Source of the DNA: Catajapyx aquilonaris
Lineage: Eukaryota
Direction of reading: 5' to 3'
DNA: 44,963 nt
Assembly: GCA_000934665.2 (NCBI GenBank)
Contig: KZ538183.1
Coordinates: 62,001 to 106,963 of the forward strand
Part shown: positions 11,342 through 23,282 of the stretch, piece after piece
Position numbering within the stretch: position 1 is the first letter of the stretch
Layout of the letters: every line of letters begins with the position of its first letter
Program-made: the position numbers and the translations under genes
Notes under the pieces: generated by a model
Told to the model about the DNA's origin: nothing
Seen by the model: the letters and a program-made list of their open reading frames with translations, nothing else
The model's database searches: none

Positions 11342-12093
11342 TCATTGGCACTACCAGCCACAGGCTTCAGGCTTCTTTTGATGGCATAGGTGCACCCATC
11401 AAGCCTGTTGACACACTTGTACACACTCCCAAACTCGCCCTTTCCTATCAGTGCCACCTCATGGAACTCTTTATGGTACCTTGAAATGTTTGAGTCATGC
11501 AGTGCAATACGCTTTGTCATCGGTTCAGTCTCAACCTCTCCATCCGCACCACTGTTCACACTCTCATCACTTTCTGTTGATGATCCACTTAAGGACAGAT
11601 CATTTGCTGACCTCTGCCTCTTCTTTCCTGCCAGCTTGATACCAGTTGGTGTGAATGGGTTAAAATTAGCCTCAGGTTTCTTCCTGATCCCCACAAGTTG
11701 CGGCCTATCCCATGTGTCTGAGGTTGGTACACTGGTTCCAGTAAAGATGAGCCTGCTCCTAGGACCAGCAGGCCTGGGTGAGGTGGGAGTTTCCAGCCCA
11801 GGAAAATTATCAACCATTGTCTTAGGTGTAGTAGGGGAGTCAAAGAGGCGGAGAGCACGGACACGGCGGTAAGGGGGTGAGCTTCCTAAGTGCATGTCAG
11901 GAGGGATTGGATCTTCGTCCTCGTCATCTTCAAACCTCTGAGGCAGGGAAGCATCTCGATGGCCCATGACCCGGCCCAGAGCCTGGTGGGAAGGGGCTAC
12001 TTGTAGGTGATACGGAGACATGCCCTTGCGAGGGCTGCTTATTTTCAGGGAAGGATGGTGCAGACAAGGGGAGCTGGTGGCATTGGTGGCAAA
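11342..12093 (-). CDS. WEE1: Wee1 kinase exon: regulatory region and kinase N-lobe
   Basis: Acceptor tctctctcacAG at 12095-12094 and donor GA|GTGAGT. Encodes RALRLFDSPTTPK, the Wee-box ANFNPFTP and IGKGEFGSVYKCVNRLDGCTYAIKRS, typical of metazoan Wee1. Confidence 0.96.
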
Positions 12094-12305
12094 CTGTGAG
12101 AGAGATACGAAAAATTAGAGCCCACATGCCATAAAGTAAAATTAAAAATTATGATGTACAATTGGCCCAATATGATATCTGACACTCTCATACAGAATGC
12201 AAGCAAATGTGTTTGTGACCAACTTGTGCTAATACAGTCAACTCCCGATATAATCGACTTTAGGGAACCGTGGAAATTAGTATTCTACAACTGAGGTTTC
12301 CTATA

Positions 12306-13111
12306 CAGGGTGAAGGGAAACTCGCGGAAAATCACCAGATAGACTAATAGTACTAGCAAAACGAATAAAGGGATGTGCAATAGTTTTGCCCGTTGTTGCA
12401 TAGTTAATGCGTACTGTGGCTTCAAAGTTTCGTGACGTCACATCCGCTCCACCTGTTTCAAAAAGCAAAACTCAGCTCGAGGACCTCCGAATAATCCGGC
12501 CTTGGTCCCCTAACTCATCGTCCATGTGCAATAGGCGATCAAATCCTGTCAGAGTAAGAATCCGGGTGCAACACCCATGCACTTTGTCGTTTTCACCCCA
12601 TATTTTACCACCTGGCCCTCTACACTTTCAAAATGTAATAAAATTTTGCAGAAGTTTGCGCAACTGCATAAATCTTACTCGTTTTCAGAATGTGCCCCGG
12701 CATTCACATAGTTTGTTTTTTTTGGACATAATATTTGTGTGTAGCATTAATGAGTCAGAAGCAAGAGTTATAATCATATTGTACCGGATCAGTTTTGTAA
12801 TTACGTGAAATCATGGCTAATAAAATTGCACAATTATATAGGCTAATGACTTTAAATGTGATTAAATGCCTGTAAAGGCATTACAAACCGTTTCTCTTGT
12901 GCAGTATTATTCATAAAACCAGATTTGAAAATATTCCCGTACATAGTTTTTCACACAGGAATAAAATCCCGCTGGATTGCTGAAATGTCACACTGTGCGC
13001 CGTATGCATTAACTACGCAACGGAGCCAAAAACTAATTGCACATCCCTATATTAGTTTTGCGAGTACTACCAGTCTACCTGGCAATTGTCGGTGAGTTTC
13101 CTTTCACCCCT
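12306..13111. mobile_element. Tc1/mariner-like MITE (CAGGGTGAAGGGAAACTC family) with an internal insertion
   Basis: TA|CAGGGTG terminus, long TIR; reverse-oriented match to the copies at 39879-40781. Confidence 0.8.
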
Positions 13112-13965
13112 TCACAGAGGCCATATGAAGACTAGGGGGGTTGCAAGATCAAGGTCCACCTCAGGTGAAACTGAGATATTCCAATTTTAAATTTCGAAGG
13201 CAAGGCCCATAAGGTTCCATTGTAAATCCCACATTCGGGGCCTTCCATTGTGACCTATGATCATTACTCCACAACCACAACCAAACTATCATATTCTATG
13301 CTAGTGACTTTATCTTCTGAGATATGTAACTCATTTTTAACAAAAAGTGGATGTGGATCGTTCTTCCTCCGAGGTCTTCATATATGGAAGTATGCCAGGA
13401 CTAGCCTTTCACGTTGGCTACAACCAAGTGTTACTTATAGCCCAGGCTCTTATATCCAGAGTCAACTCTATTACTTGGTGAATATTATTTGGCTATTTAT
13501 ATCCATAGTATCACAATTGGACAAATGCCCATTACAAGGAAAAAGATGGAGACAACTATAGTAATTGCAATTATTTCAGTTCATTCATTGACACACTCCT
13601 GGTGGGTTGGGGCAGGTTTATGGAGTCTTCTCGTTAGAGTACTGTATGGATATGAACATATGATTGTAGTTGAGTATATGTTTGTGTGGGGTATTATGTC
13701 TGCATAAATTTCCCATTAACTCTACTATTGTCCCACTGTGCATGAATAACAATTTTGCACCGCTTTCAACTGAAACTAGACATTTTTCACCTTGATGAGA
13801 CTAACTCAGCAAAGCGTAAGTTTTTAAAAACTCACAGCATGAATCGCATGATACATGCATAATAGCTGACATTAAATGAAATCAAATGTATTATTATAAA
13901 AAATTATGGTACTTTTTCAATAACAGCATGCTATTAGTATAACAATAACAGTAACAAAAAGTTAC

Positions 13966-14049
13966 ATATCGTCGGTGATCATGCAAAACCTCGTATCTCC
14001 AGCAAAAACCAATGGAAGATACGAGGTTTTGCATGATCACCGACGATAT
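13966..14049. repeat. 84-nt perfect hairpin
   Basis: 33-bp perfect arms (13966-13998/14017-14049), 18-nt loop. Confidence 0.92.
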
Positions 14050-14529
14050 AGGATGATGGTACTCCAGGAAACAGCTCATCAGTACTTAACCAAAAATAAA
14101 CAAAAGGGGAGTCCATTCCGCGAAGGATCAACTACTGGAGTGTGGTAGACAGAGAAGTACCAAAAATAAAGCACTCAATTCCAGCCATTCATTCCATCGT
14201 AACACATGTGAATCTAACTGTTGAGTGGTATCTAACTGTTGTATCAACCACTCAAACTACATTGTATTCACCATATCATCTCATGCAGAGTTGGGTCATC
14301 TCTGCTCAACTAATCCATCTAGATTCTAGGAAACTCACAAAATGACCAAGGAACGACATTGCACTTGCACCTCCCCTCCCAGTCACTGCTGCCCGTGGAC
14401 CCAGGTGCTTCACAAAAAGGTTCCAATATGTATACTACGGCATAAATAATTAAGGTCCTTGCACGACTTCTTTGAAGTACGCTCTATACCATCATATTAT
14501 TATTATGATCATTATTATTATTATTATTA

Positions 14530-15272
14530 CAGTCAACTCCCGATGTAAGAGACTTCAAGGGACCGCAGAAATCAGTATCCTATAACGAAGTATTCCGATA
14601 TGGAAGTCCAGTAAAACTTCTTTAAGTCGAACTTCCCTAAGTCGAAGTTCTCTATAAGTGGAAGAATATGATGAGCTTGGTTGGTCACAATGTAAGATAA
14701 TAAGAAATAAACTTCCCTAACTCGAATTTCTACTTGAAGTTCTCCATAACTCGAAGTGCAGGCAGGGCCTTACGATGGGATATCAATGCATTTTCAGTCT
14801 CCCTAAGTCGAAGTTCATGTTGGCGAGGAAAATTTTCTAATTTCCCAACAGAAGGTCGAGAGTAGGCCACATGTACAGAAAAGCTCAATTTCCGGATCTC
14901 CGTCTACCAGACGTATCAAAAGAAGTGTTTGACTCGATTGTTACAATTGAATCCTCGAATCTAAGAGTAGGCAAATGTCCATCACAGTTTTTTTTATACA
15001 ACAAAACAATGAGGAACATAGTGTGATAGTGAGAGTCATTTTTAAGTTTTGAACACCTTTCGTCGCTGGATATAAAGGTAAGCTTCCTTATCGAGTTATG
15101 TGCTTAAAAAATGGCAAACTTCTCTAACTCAAATCTTCTATAACTCGAAGTTTTTGCCCGGTCTTGTGGAGATTCGACTTATAGAAGTTCTACTGTATTC
15201 CAAGACAGCCCTTTTGAGTTGGTTATAACCGAAAGTTACTATAGCAGAGGCTCTCACATCTGGTGTCGACTG
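14530..15272. mobile_element. pogo/Tigger-like MITE containing a second one (14609-15195)
   Basis: Outer TA|CAGTCAACTCCCGATGT…ACATCTGGTGTCGACTG|TA; inner CAGTARAACTTCTWTAAGTCGAA TIR; a related end lies near 12235. Confidence 0.75.
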
Positions 15273-15550
15273 TATTTTTTCCCTGTAAGCTTCCAAAGTT
15301 GTAGAGGTCTCCAGCAAATTAGGGATCCAACCCATCACTTGGGGGACTTTTACATGAGGCTACCTGTATGACAGCCTGGGAGAGTTATGCAGACTCAAGA
15401 GAAATACACGACCAGAATCCCACTCAAGATTGTTGCCCAGACAAGGTGTTGGGATTCACTAAACAGTAGGCGTACTTGTCTGACAGCAGCGTCTCCTCAG
15501 GCACACCAAAACTACCTACAGTGTGGAACACGAACGGCGACGTTCATTTT

Positions 15551-15670
15551 GTTGACATTGTTTACTCATATGGTTTCCATGGAAACCCCGATGACGTCAG
15601 ATCGCAGTTTGTTGACATTGTTTACTCGTATGGTTTCCATGGAAACCCTGATGACGTCAGATCGCAGTTT
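15551..15670 (+). repeat. 2 x 60-bp tandem duplication with X-box-like, CRE and forkhead-like motifs
   Basis: Period exactly 60, 2 mismatches; each unit contains TGTTTAC, GGTTTCCATGGAAACC and TGACGTCA. Confidence 0.92.
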
Positions 15671-15850
15671 CGTTGTCCGCACCGTATGCTTTCAAGTTAT
15701 TGCCATTGAAACTGTCAAGTTCGCCCAACTTTTCATAACCATCATGTTACTCGCCTGCAAGCATCTCAATTACCGTATTTAAAACTATTCCTCAAAATGA
15801 GAACTGCAATAAAACCGTTATCGACGGTCATCACACATTTGAATACTCAC

Positions 15851-15964
15851 GGGCAAAATCGAAGGATCGGGAATGTTCATCTCATGGTCGCCCCCATCTG
15901 TATCCTCGCCCGCAGGCGACTCGAAGCAGAGGCGGGGAAGATCCTTCAGCTTCAATCGAGGCAT
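15851..15964 (-). CDS. WEE1: Wee1 kinase, first coding exon (MPRLKLKDLPRLCFESPAGEDTDGGDHEMNIPDPSILP)
   Basis: ATG at 15964, 38 open codons, phase-0 donor CCC|GTGAGT that joins in frame to the acceptor at 12093. The N-terminus is poorly conserved, so the call rests on splice geometry. Confidence 0.75.
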
Positions 15965-16304
15965 CTTGTAGTGCCCAGTGGCTCCAGTCTTTGGTTACAC
16001 ACTGTAAAAATCACCAACTCAAAAAATGTAACACCGGCGACAGCATGCAACTACAAAAACATGGCGGGCCCAGAGGTTTGTGGGGTACCTACCGACGTCA
16101 CAGAAATGACCGTTATGAGTCACTGCCGGTCTGTTCTATACTACACGGGGGAGCGGGGAGAGTCACAGGGCTCCCTATTGGCAGGACTTGGTACAAAGTT
16201 GGTTGGGGAACCAATAGCAGAGCAGTATTTCTGCGCGCCTTCAGTGAACGACCACTGTGGTGGCCGTGTAATATCAAATTGAGAACCGGTTAAGTGGTAC
16301 TTAC

Positions 16305-16345
16305 CTTTGCCGTAAGAGAGCAGCTGTGTACCGATCAAGTACTGA
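16305..16345 (-). other. WEE1: Putative non-coding first exon of Wee1 (5'UTR intron 16002-16304)
   Basis: Minus-strand TCAGT initiator at 16345-16341, consensus donor AAG|GTAAGT at 16304, and acceptor tttttacAG at 16003-16002, 37 nt upstream of the ATG. Confidence 0.5.
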
Positions 16346-16802
16346 GCAAGTCTCGGAGCAAGTGGTACCGAGTCAATTTGCTAATTATTGGCACTGGGAG
16401 TAAGGTCGTGCGGTGTCCCGGGACGTGCGGGACGAGGGTGTCACAATTTTTCCTGCCAATTTGGAATGATTCTGATTATTGACAATAATATATAGCAAAT
16501 AACGTAGCTGTTGTTGGGGGGAACCATGGCAACGATGGAAACCACGGGCCAGCAGGCCAGCACCCAATCACCGGAATCACGGCCAGCACGGGCCAGCACG
16601 GGCCAGGAGCATATGAAGCATATCTTAAAAACTACGCCGCTCATTAATAAATAACAAATACAGAAGTTTTAAACTACACCGGGTCTACCCGTTTGTTGCC
16701 AATTAGTATTGCTGCTATACACCAATCACATGCAGCAATATATTTTGGCGCAGGCGCAACTTCTCGCCCCCACAATACGGCAGATGGCACATGTAAATCA
16801 GT
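16346..16802. promoter_or_regulatory. Candidate bidirectional promoter Wee1/SLC10A7
   Basis: Divergent start codons 896 nt apart, CpG-rich sequence, back-to-back TCAGT initiators (16345 minus, 16798 plus), E2F-like TTTTGGCGC at 16743-16751. Confidence 0.6.
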
Positions 16803-16860
16803 GGTGAGACCATCTGGTTTGTGTTGGTTTATTGACACGACTGTCGCACGTGTCGCTCCG

Positions 16861-16960
16861 ATGAGGATCGCCGAGTCTATCCACAAGCACTGGTTTCTCG
16901 TGGGAGTTGCACTCAGCATCATTTTGGCTAAGATCAACCCATGGATCGGTGTAAAAGGAG
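16861..16960 (+). CDS. SLC10A7: SLC10A7 (sodium/bile acid cotransporter 7-like) exon 1
   Basis: ATG at 16861, MRIAESIHKHWFLVGVALSIILAKINPWIGVKGG, phase-1 donor G|GTATAT; resembles the SLC10A7 N-terminus (WF..G....GG-PL.PE). Confidence 0.93.
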
Positions 16961-17462
16961 GTATATACTAGCGTTGTGTGTCTGACATGTCTGACACGTT
17001 TTATGTTTTGACAGGTGCATCAGGATATTGCTAGTGTAAGAGGAAGTTCAGATTTTTACATGTTTGATCTGGTGCATGAGAGGTTCAAATTTTGTGGAAT
17101 CCGTCAGACTTAATTTTTAGAAAATATATTGTAGCATGATGAGCAGTGGTTTATTCTGGGATGGACTCACGACTGCTTGTTAGAGCCGAAGTACACACAA
17201 CCAGGCAAGGATAGCTCAAATGACTAAAGATTTTTTGTGCAACAATTTATGAACTTAGCTTAATGTATGGTGTTGCTGCAAACTTAATTTTCAAAGTTCT
17301 GCATATGTACAGTACAGGGGGTTTGGTTTCTAGGAGAAATGGACGAAGCTGGATCAATTAATTGGATGTTTTGAAAATTTTAACAACAAAAGCTGTTTCA
17401 GAATTGTCATAAATGTAGCTCTCTTTGCAGGTGAGCCAGTTTTCAGGCTTGAGTTTTATCTA

Positions 17463-17780
17463 CAGTAGAACCCCGTTTATCCGACTCCTCGGTTTATCCA
17501 ACCGTCCTGCTCCAGCAATACATCTGTTTTCTCATCAAATACTGTAATGCAGGCCTACTAACCATTCGTTTTGCATTGCCTTAATTAAATTTTAAACAGC
17601 GGAGTGTGTACGTAAATGATGAACACTTCACTATTTCATAGAAAATCGTAATATTGTACATTATTTCATGGTTTTTTGTGCTTTTTGTTTTGTTTTCCAG
17701 TGATCCTCAGATTATCCGACCTTTACTGTTATCCGACAATGCCCCAGTCCCATGGGTGACAGATAATCGGGGTTCTACTG
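17463..17780. mobile_element. pogo/Tc1-like MITE
   Basis: TA|CAGTAGAACCCCG…CGGGGTTCTACTG|TA. Confidence 0.88.
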
Positions 17781-18266
17781 TATTCTAAAAGACAGTACTA
17801 ATATTATTTAGAAATTATGGCTTTTTCTTTATTCCCCCTTGTGATAGTGTAGGTCCTGTGATTCCCCTGCTTTCTTGTCATAAGCCTGGCATGTGAATGT
17901 GTCATGTTCAACTCTTTTTAGAACTCGCTGCTCAATAACGCATAATTTTACACACACGTTACTGCACGTCAGTATTTCCTATTTATATGTAAAATGGGCT
18001 ATAAAAGTGTTCTCTTACTAATGGAGGTACAAGTATTGGCTGAATTTTTATGACTGATTTCTTTCTCTCTAGAACTCAGTCTCAATATGAAAGGATTACC
18101 AAATTGTTTATTTGACTTTTGGTTACAAGCAGTTACAGTCTTGCTTGGGCACTGCTAAATGCGATGAAGCAAAAGGGCCAATTAATATCATGGTCAAAAT
18201 ATATAGATTGGAAAGCAACCTGATCATTGAAGTGCAGAAAGCTTTGGGATTGGTGAAAGCTATTAT

Positions 18267-19752
18267 GGGCAATTCCACCCTAACTGACGCAACACCTGGA
18301 CAGGATTCATGCTGTATTTATATTTATTGCAATGGCAAATGTTAATGGAAAAGGAATTTAAAATTATTCCCATGTGGCTGCCTCCTGGTATCTTATTGCC
18401 ATATTTTAATTATTTCGCAACAGTAACTTAAATGGACTCTGTAAAATATTAATGTAATGTAACTGACGCAACATGAAAAAGTCAAGCTCTTTGGGGGATG
18501 CTGTAGTGATGTGAAACCCAGTGCTCTGAATATGTTTAGAAGTAATGTTACAACAGATATGTGTACTACACTGGAGGAGCAATTTTGTGATTATTTTAGA
18601 CCACACCTATTCATGTTCATGTTTTCAGGAGAAATTAGTATTAACGTAACTGACGCAACAAACAGTCCAAAGTTGCGTCAGTTATGACTATTATATCCTC
18701 CTGAGACCTGGTGTCGACATATGTCGACATCAGCAAAAGATTTTTTTGGCGCCAACCAGTGATGCCAACAGAACTGTAATATGGTGGTATCCCATGGTTA
18801 CAATCTCGCCTCAATAGCTGTAGCCACCTAGCGTCGAATATCTGGCTTGGGCCGCGTAAATTAAATCGCGGACAAAATGGCGGATTCCGCTGCTGAAGCT
18901 AGGCGCTCATCTGATCAGTTTTATTTTTTTACTCATATTTAGAATGCGATTTTCGCAATGCAGTGAACGTCCTGGGATTCGCAAGGAATGTGTCTTAGGA
19001 ACTGCGAAAAGATGATTCTGTGACAATCTTTGTTTCTGTAGAGAACTGGTCATTTTCTTTTCTTCCTGTGACCAAATGTCCATTTAAATGGACATCCGAA
19101 AAATGGCATTTTTAGCTGAATGGGTGTGACTTTTCTTTACGTGCCTGTACCTATACACCCATAAGGAAGTGGGCTTTGAACTATGCTGTTCAGTTTTGAA
19201 ATCTAGAATAGTAAGGTACCACTTTAGCGGGTAAGAAGGGAAGGAGCAAGCCCCATGCCTGGAGTGGTGGCGTTAAAAAATGATTTCATTTATCTTTAAT
19301 TGTCTTCTGAGAGGAATTGCTACCACGAATACCACAAATAAATTTTAAAAACAATGTTTGGAGGATAGAGCACTATGTGAGTGATCCATTAAGTGGTATT
19401 TCAATTTTCAGCTTTCATCCGTTCTGCTTTTGTAGCACCAATTGGGTCCTAATGTTCTCATTGGTTGTTTGTCGCCAATTTTGTCGATATTTTAAAACTA
19501 AAAAATTTTTCTCGTTTCTTATTGGGAACATGTTCAGAAAATGCAATAGGAACTGACATTGCGTTAAAAAATTCTTCTCAGGTCTCAGGAGGATATCTGG
19601 ACTATTCCATGGTTCTGCTACTACCTGGTAGCAGAATGTTGCTATGCCTACTTCATGTGACATAATGACATAATGACCTTTCAATAAGCCATCTCTACCC
19701 CACAATAAGCGACTTCATTTTTGGATCATGTTTCTTTGCCATGGAATTACCC
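18267..19752. mobile_element. TIR element with 4-bp TSD (Sola-like) hosting a nested element
   Basis: Termini GGGCAATTCCA/TGGAATTACCC, TTAT on both sides, internal TAACTGACGCAAC repeats in both orientations. Confidence 0.65.
18697..19592. mobile_element. CC..GG TIR element with ATAT target site (piggyBac-related)
   Basis: 14-bp TIR CCTCCTGAGACCTG flanked by ATAT on both sides. Confidence 0.8.
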
Positions 19753-20137
19753 TTATGCATAATATAGTCTTAAATTGCTTTAAAAGTTGTGGCAAAACTT
19801 TTCAGCCAATCCTTGTACTCGACATTAAAAATTTCTTGTCAAATTATTGGGCTTGCTTCCAATGTGAACTGCATCTAAAATTTGAACTACTGCAATTTTT
19901 CAAACCAACTTCAACCAGGCATATAAAGTGACATAATTTTTTTTGTAAGATTTACTTCATTAAAGACCTTAACACTTGTATGCACACCCTTAAAGTGGGT
20001 TGGATGTGAAGGGCGCATTGTGGTCTGCTTCCAATTGTATTTTGCGTAACAACTAATAATGACATGAACGTGACTGTTGAGACTTTGCTTCTAAAACTGA
20101 AATATTGGTAATTAATGTTCATTATCTTTCTTTTTAG

Positions 20138-20755
20138 GGCCATTAATTCCCGAGATAACTGTGAAGTACCTGGCAGTGTCCATAATTTTTTTTGTGAGTG
20201 GAGTGACCATAAAGACGCATGACTTAACCACAACCATACTGCGAGTGAAAGTGCACTTGTTCATCCAGATTTTCACAATGGGTTTTGTTCCTGTGTTTGT
20301 GTCAGTGCTCACACCACCTCTGAAGCTGCTTAACATTGACACATGGGTGCTGAAGGGTTTGGCAACTGTGTCATGCATGCCCCCACCTGTGTCATCTGCT
20401 GTTATTTTAACAAAATCAACTGGTGGCAATGAAGCTGCTGCCATATTTAACTCAGCCCTTGGGAGTTTTCTAGGTGTCATTGTGACCCCTGCAACGCTCC
20501 TCTACTTTGTTGGTATTGAGACCAAAGTGTCTGTTATGGACACCATCACGCAGCTGTCTGGAACTGTTGTGTTGCCCATTATTATTGGACAGATATGTCG
20601 TGTATACTTACCTGAACTCTTGAACTTTCGTGAAATTTTTGGTATCCTGGGGCAGCTCATGCTCCTGTTCATTATCTACACTACATTTTGTGACACATTT
20701 GCTGATGATCGCATGGGCATTGGAGGTGAACAGGTTTTGCAGACATTGGTTCTGG
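20138..20755 (+). CDS. SLC10A7: SLC10A7 exon 2
   Basis: ctttctttttAG acceptor and G|GTGAGT donor. Encodes PLIPEITVKY, CMPPPVSSAVILTKSTGGNEAAAIFNSALGSFLG and IIYTTFCDTF, signature motifs of SLC10A7. Confidence 0.97.
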
Positions 20756-22178
20756 GTGAGTTTCATCTTATAACAAATGACAATGCAGTGTGTTCGAAAC
20801 TGCTAGCTCCATGGCTAGCTCGTCCAGCTACCTTCAGCCAAAGCAGGTTTAAAATGTTGAGAGACCAACTAGTAACAACAGAGGTGATAACTAACATTTG
20901 CATTCTCTAGCCACAACAAAAGAGCTCAGAGACAGTATTTGCCAACAACTTATTGGTCCTGAAGTGACCCACCATACATCCACTCCCTATTCCTGTGGTT
21001 TGCTGTGGTTTCCATGTGCATCATTCAGTTTTTTCACCCCCCAAGGAATGTTTTCATTGGAGTAATCTTGGTTCAGCCCAGATTTGAACCGGTTCAATTT
21101 CATGACCCTAAAATGCTTTTGAACCACAATTTAAGGACCTGTTCCAACTGGCCTATTTTAAAAAAATTTCTAATTTGAAGTATTGGCTATAGTTTAGCCA
21201 CTTTGTGTTTGTGAAGCTCATATTAATAAAGGGTGGGTTGCATTTCTGATTATGTCAGATTATCTATTGTGAATACCTAAATATAATAGAATTTTCTTAG
21301 TTTGTGTTCACACAACTGGTACAAAAGGTGGAGATGATGTTGAGGTTGTCTGCGTAAACTTATGTTAAAATTTTATTATAATTTAACTTCAAATGCTCAC
21401 GTCAACTGGACATTGCACACAGAAGAAATCTTGATTTATGAATGGTACCAAAAACAAATTTGTGAGAGAGTCAAAAATAGGAAGTCTTTACAGGTTGTTC
21501 TAGGGAAAGCAAGCCATAATTTTGCAGGCCAACATGAAACAAAGCATTTGAAATTAATTTCATCATGTTGATGCAAAAATTAGACTGTTCTTAAAATCAT
21601 GTAACAAAACACAGTTGGTTTTTTTTTTTCTGGATTATGCCACTTAACTGGCAGTGGAGTGCTTGGCCCAAAACAAGTGCAAAAGTTGAAGCACCAACTA
21701 GTACTGACATAGACAGAAAACATTCAGCTGCCCCTGTATACATGTAACACCCCATATTACAACTGCTGCTGCAGGTAGTGAACTCTTAACCTTTGTATGC
21801 AAATATTTATTACATGCAAAGCAGGATGGTTATCGTTTCATATTGCATGTGACTTGAGCTGTTAATGGCTGAGCATATCTCTGCATATGTTCCAGGATGA
21901 TGCCAGGAGCTCTTGTTGCATCTTACAAGCACCCAAATGTTTGTCATCATTTACTTTTGTTACTGGTTGGTGATTGACATGTCTTATCATTGCATTTTAT
22001 ATTTATTATTGCTGAAGGAATTTACTGGGGGCCAGATGACATACTAGTTAGTCACACCTTGTATATTGTCTATTACTACTCATTGAGTTACATGTTAAAG
22101 TTTGAATACACAGGGTAGTTGCAAAGGTTTTAATAGACACTTCCTCCTATGTAAAGGTTCCATTGTGAATGTCTAAGA

Positions 22179-22793
22179 CAGTGCTTCCCAACCTTTCTCA
22201 GGTCATTTAAAAAAAAAATTTAATGCCCTGTGATAGGGCGGAGCCCTTTTAGGGGGGAAGGGGGAGGTTCCCAAGGGAGGGCACTGTAATTATAGTCATT
22301 TCTGACTTTCTGAAATACACCAGGCCTTTTCTCCTAGTCCTGGGCAGAGTATGGAGTACAATTCTGCTCCAGCATGTCGAGTGAAAAGCAGAAAAAGACC
22401 CGGCCAAGCAGAGGTGACGGGGACGGGATTTGAACTCTGGCCTCCCGCTTGGCTGGCCAGTGGCGTAACCACCAGACCACCATGCCTCCCTATAACCTGT
22501 CTCAAGTCATGACCTCCTTTATAATAGCCAAGTAACCTGCAACTCCTTCCCCCCCACATTTGCATAAAAATGCATTTTTATAGGGTAAAGAAAACAAAAT
22601 ATTTTCATAACATAATTATTGCCAAATATTTAATTTACCCAACATTAAATGAGATGGTTGCACTTGCATCAGGCAAACAACTGCATATTATTCACAGCTG
22701 AGTGTTTGTTAATGTAAAAACAACCTTGGCCACCCTCCAGAAAACCCTTCGCAACCCCCAAGGGGGTCGCCACCCATACGTTGGGAACCACTG
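22179..22793. mobile_element. hAT-Charlie-like MITE interrupted by a SINE
   Basis: CAGTGCTTCCCAAC…GTTGGGAACCACTG, TSD GTCTAAGA/GTCTAATA, GGGGTCGC subterminal motif. Confidence 0.82.
22209..22490 (-). mobile_element. tRNA-derived SINE family D (degenerate)
   Basis: A box TGGTCTGGTGG, B box AGTTCAAATCC, shared 3' module, 17-bp TSD AACCTKTCTCARGTCAT. Confidence 0.75.
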
Positions 22794-22962
22794 GTCTAAT
22801 ATGAAAATGTTCTTTTTGTTTCCATGATGGAGATAATTGCATGCAAAATCTCATGACATTGCCCATCACTGAAAGTGTTCAACTTTCCACCTTCCACATT
22901 GTATCCCATCACAGGTGAGTTCTTGCCAACTGCACTGCTATTTTTGATTTTCTTCTCTTCAG

Positions 22963-23282
22963 TATTATCCCTGCAAATATTCTTACTGTGGCTGAGCTAC
23001 CGCCTGTGTCTTCTGCTGTCCCTGAGCAATCCTGACACAGCAGCAGTGATGTTCTGCTCCACGCACAAGTCACTCACCTTGGGTATCCCTATCCTGAGGA
23101 TCCTCTTTGGAGGGTTCAAGCACCTCTCTCACATCTCACTCCCTCTTCTCATCTACCACCCAACACAAATCATACTTGGGGGATTCCTTGCCAACAAGAT
23201 GAGGCCATGGGTCACAAGGGGTCATCAGCAGCCCAGGTATGTATTATACAGGGAACTTGAAGAAGGGTTACAGAGGAGTTGA
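22963..23282 (+). CDS. SLC10A7: SLC10A7 exon 3 (unspliced form to TGA; 345-aa protein)
   Basis: ttcttctcttcAG acceptor in phase 1. Encodes [15 protein letters not shown] and [13 protein letters not shown]; stop at 23280-23282. Confidence 0.93.

Noticed and set aside
11390..11872. Long plus-strand ORFs overlapping the Wee1 exon (similarly 20112-20480 and 41547-41861)
   Set aside because: Antisense shadows of real coding exons with no independent motifs.
15551..15720. Hammerhead ribozyme or CRISPR-like reading of the 60-bp repeat (CTGATGA, GAAAC present)
   Set aside because: No stem II closing onto GAAA in the right order; the units are contiguous with no spacers; eukaryotic intron context.
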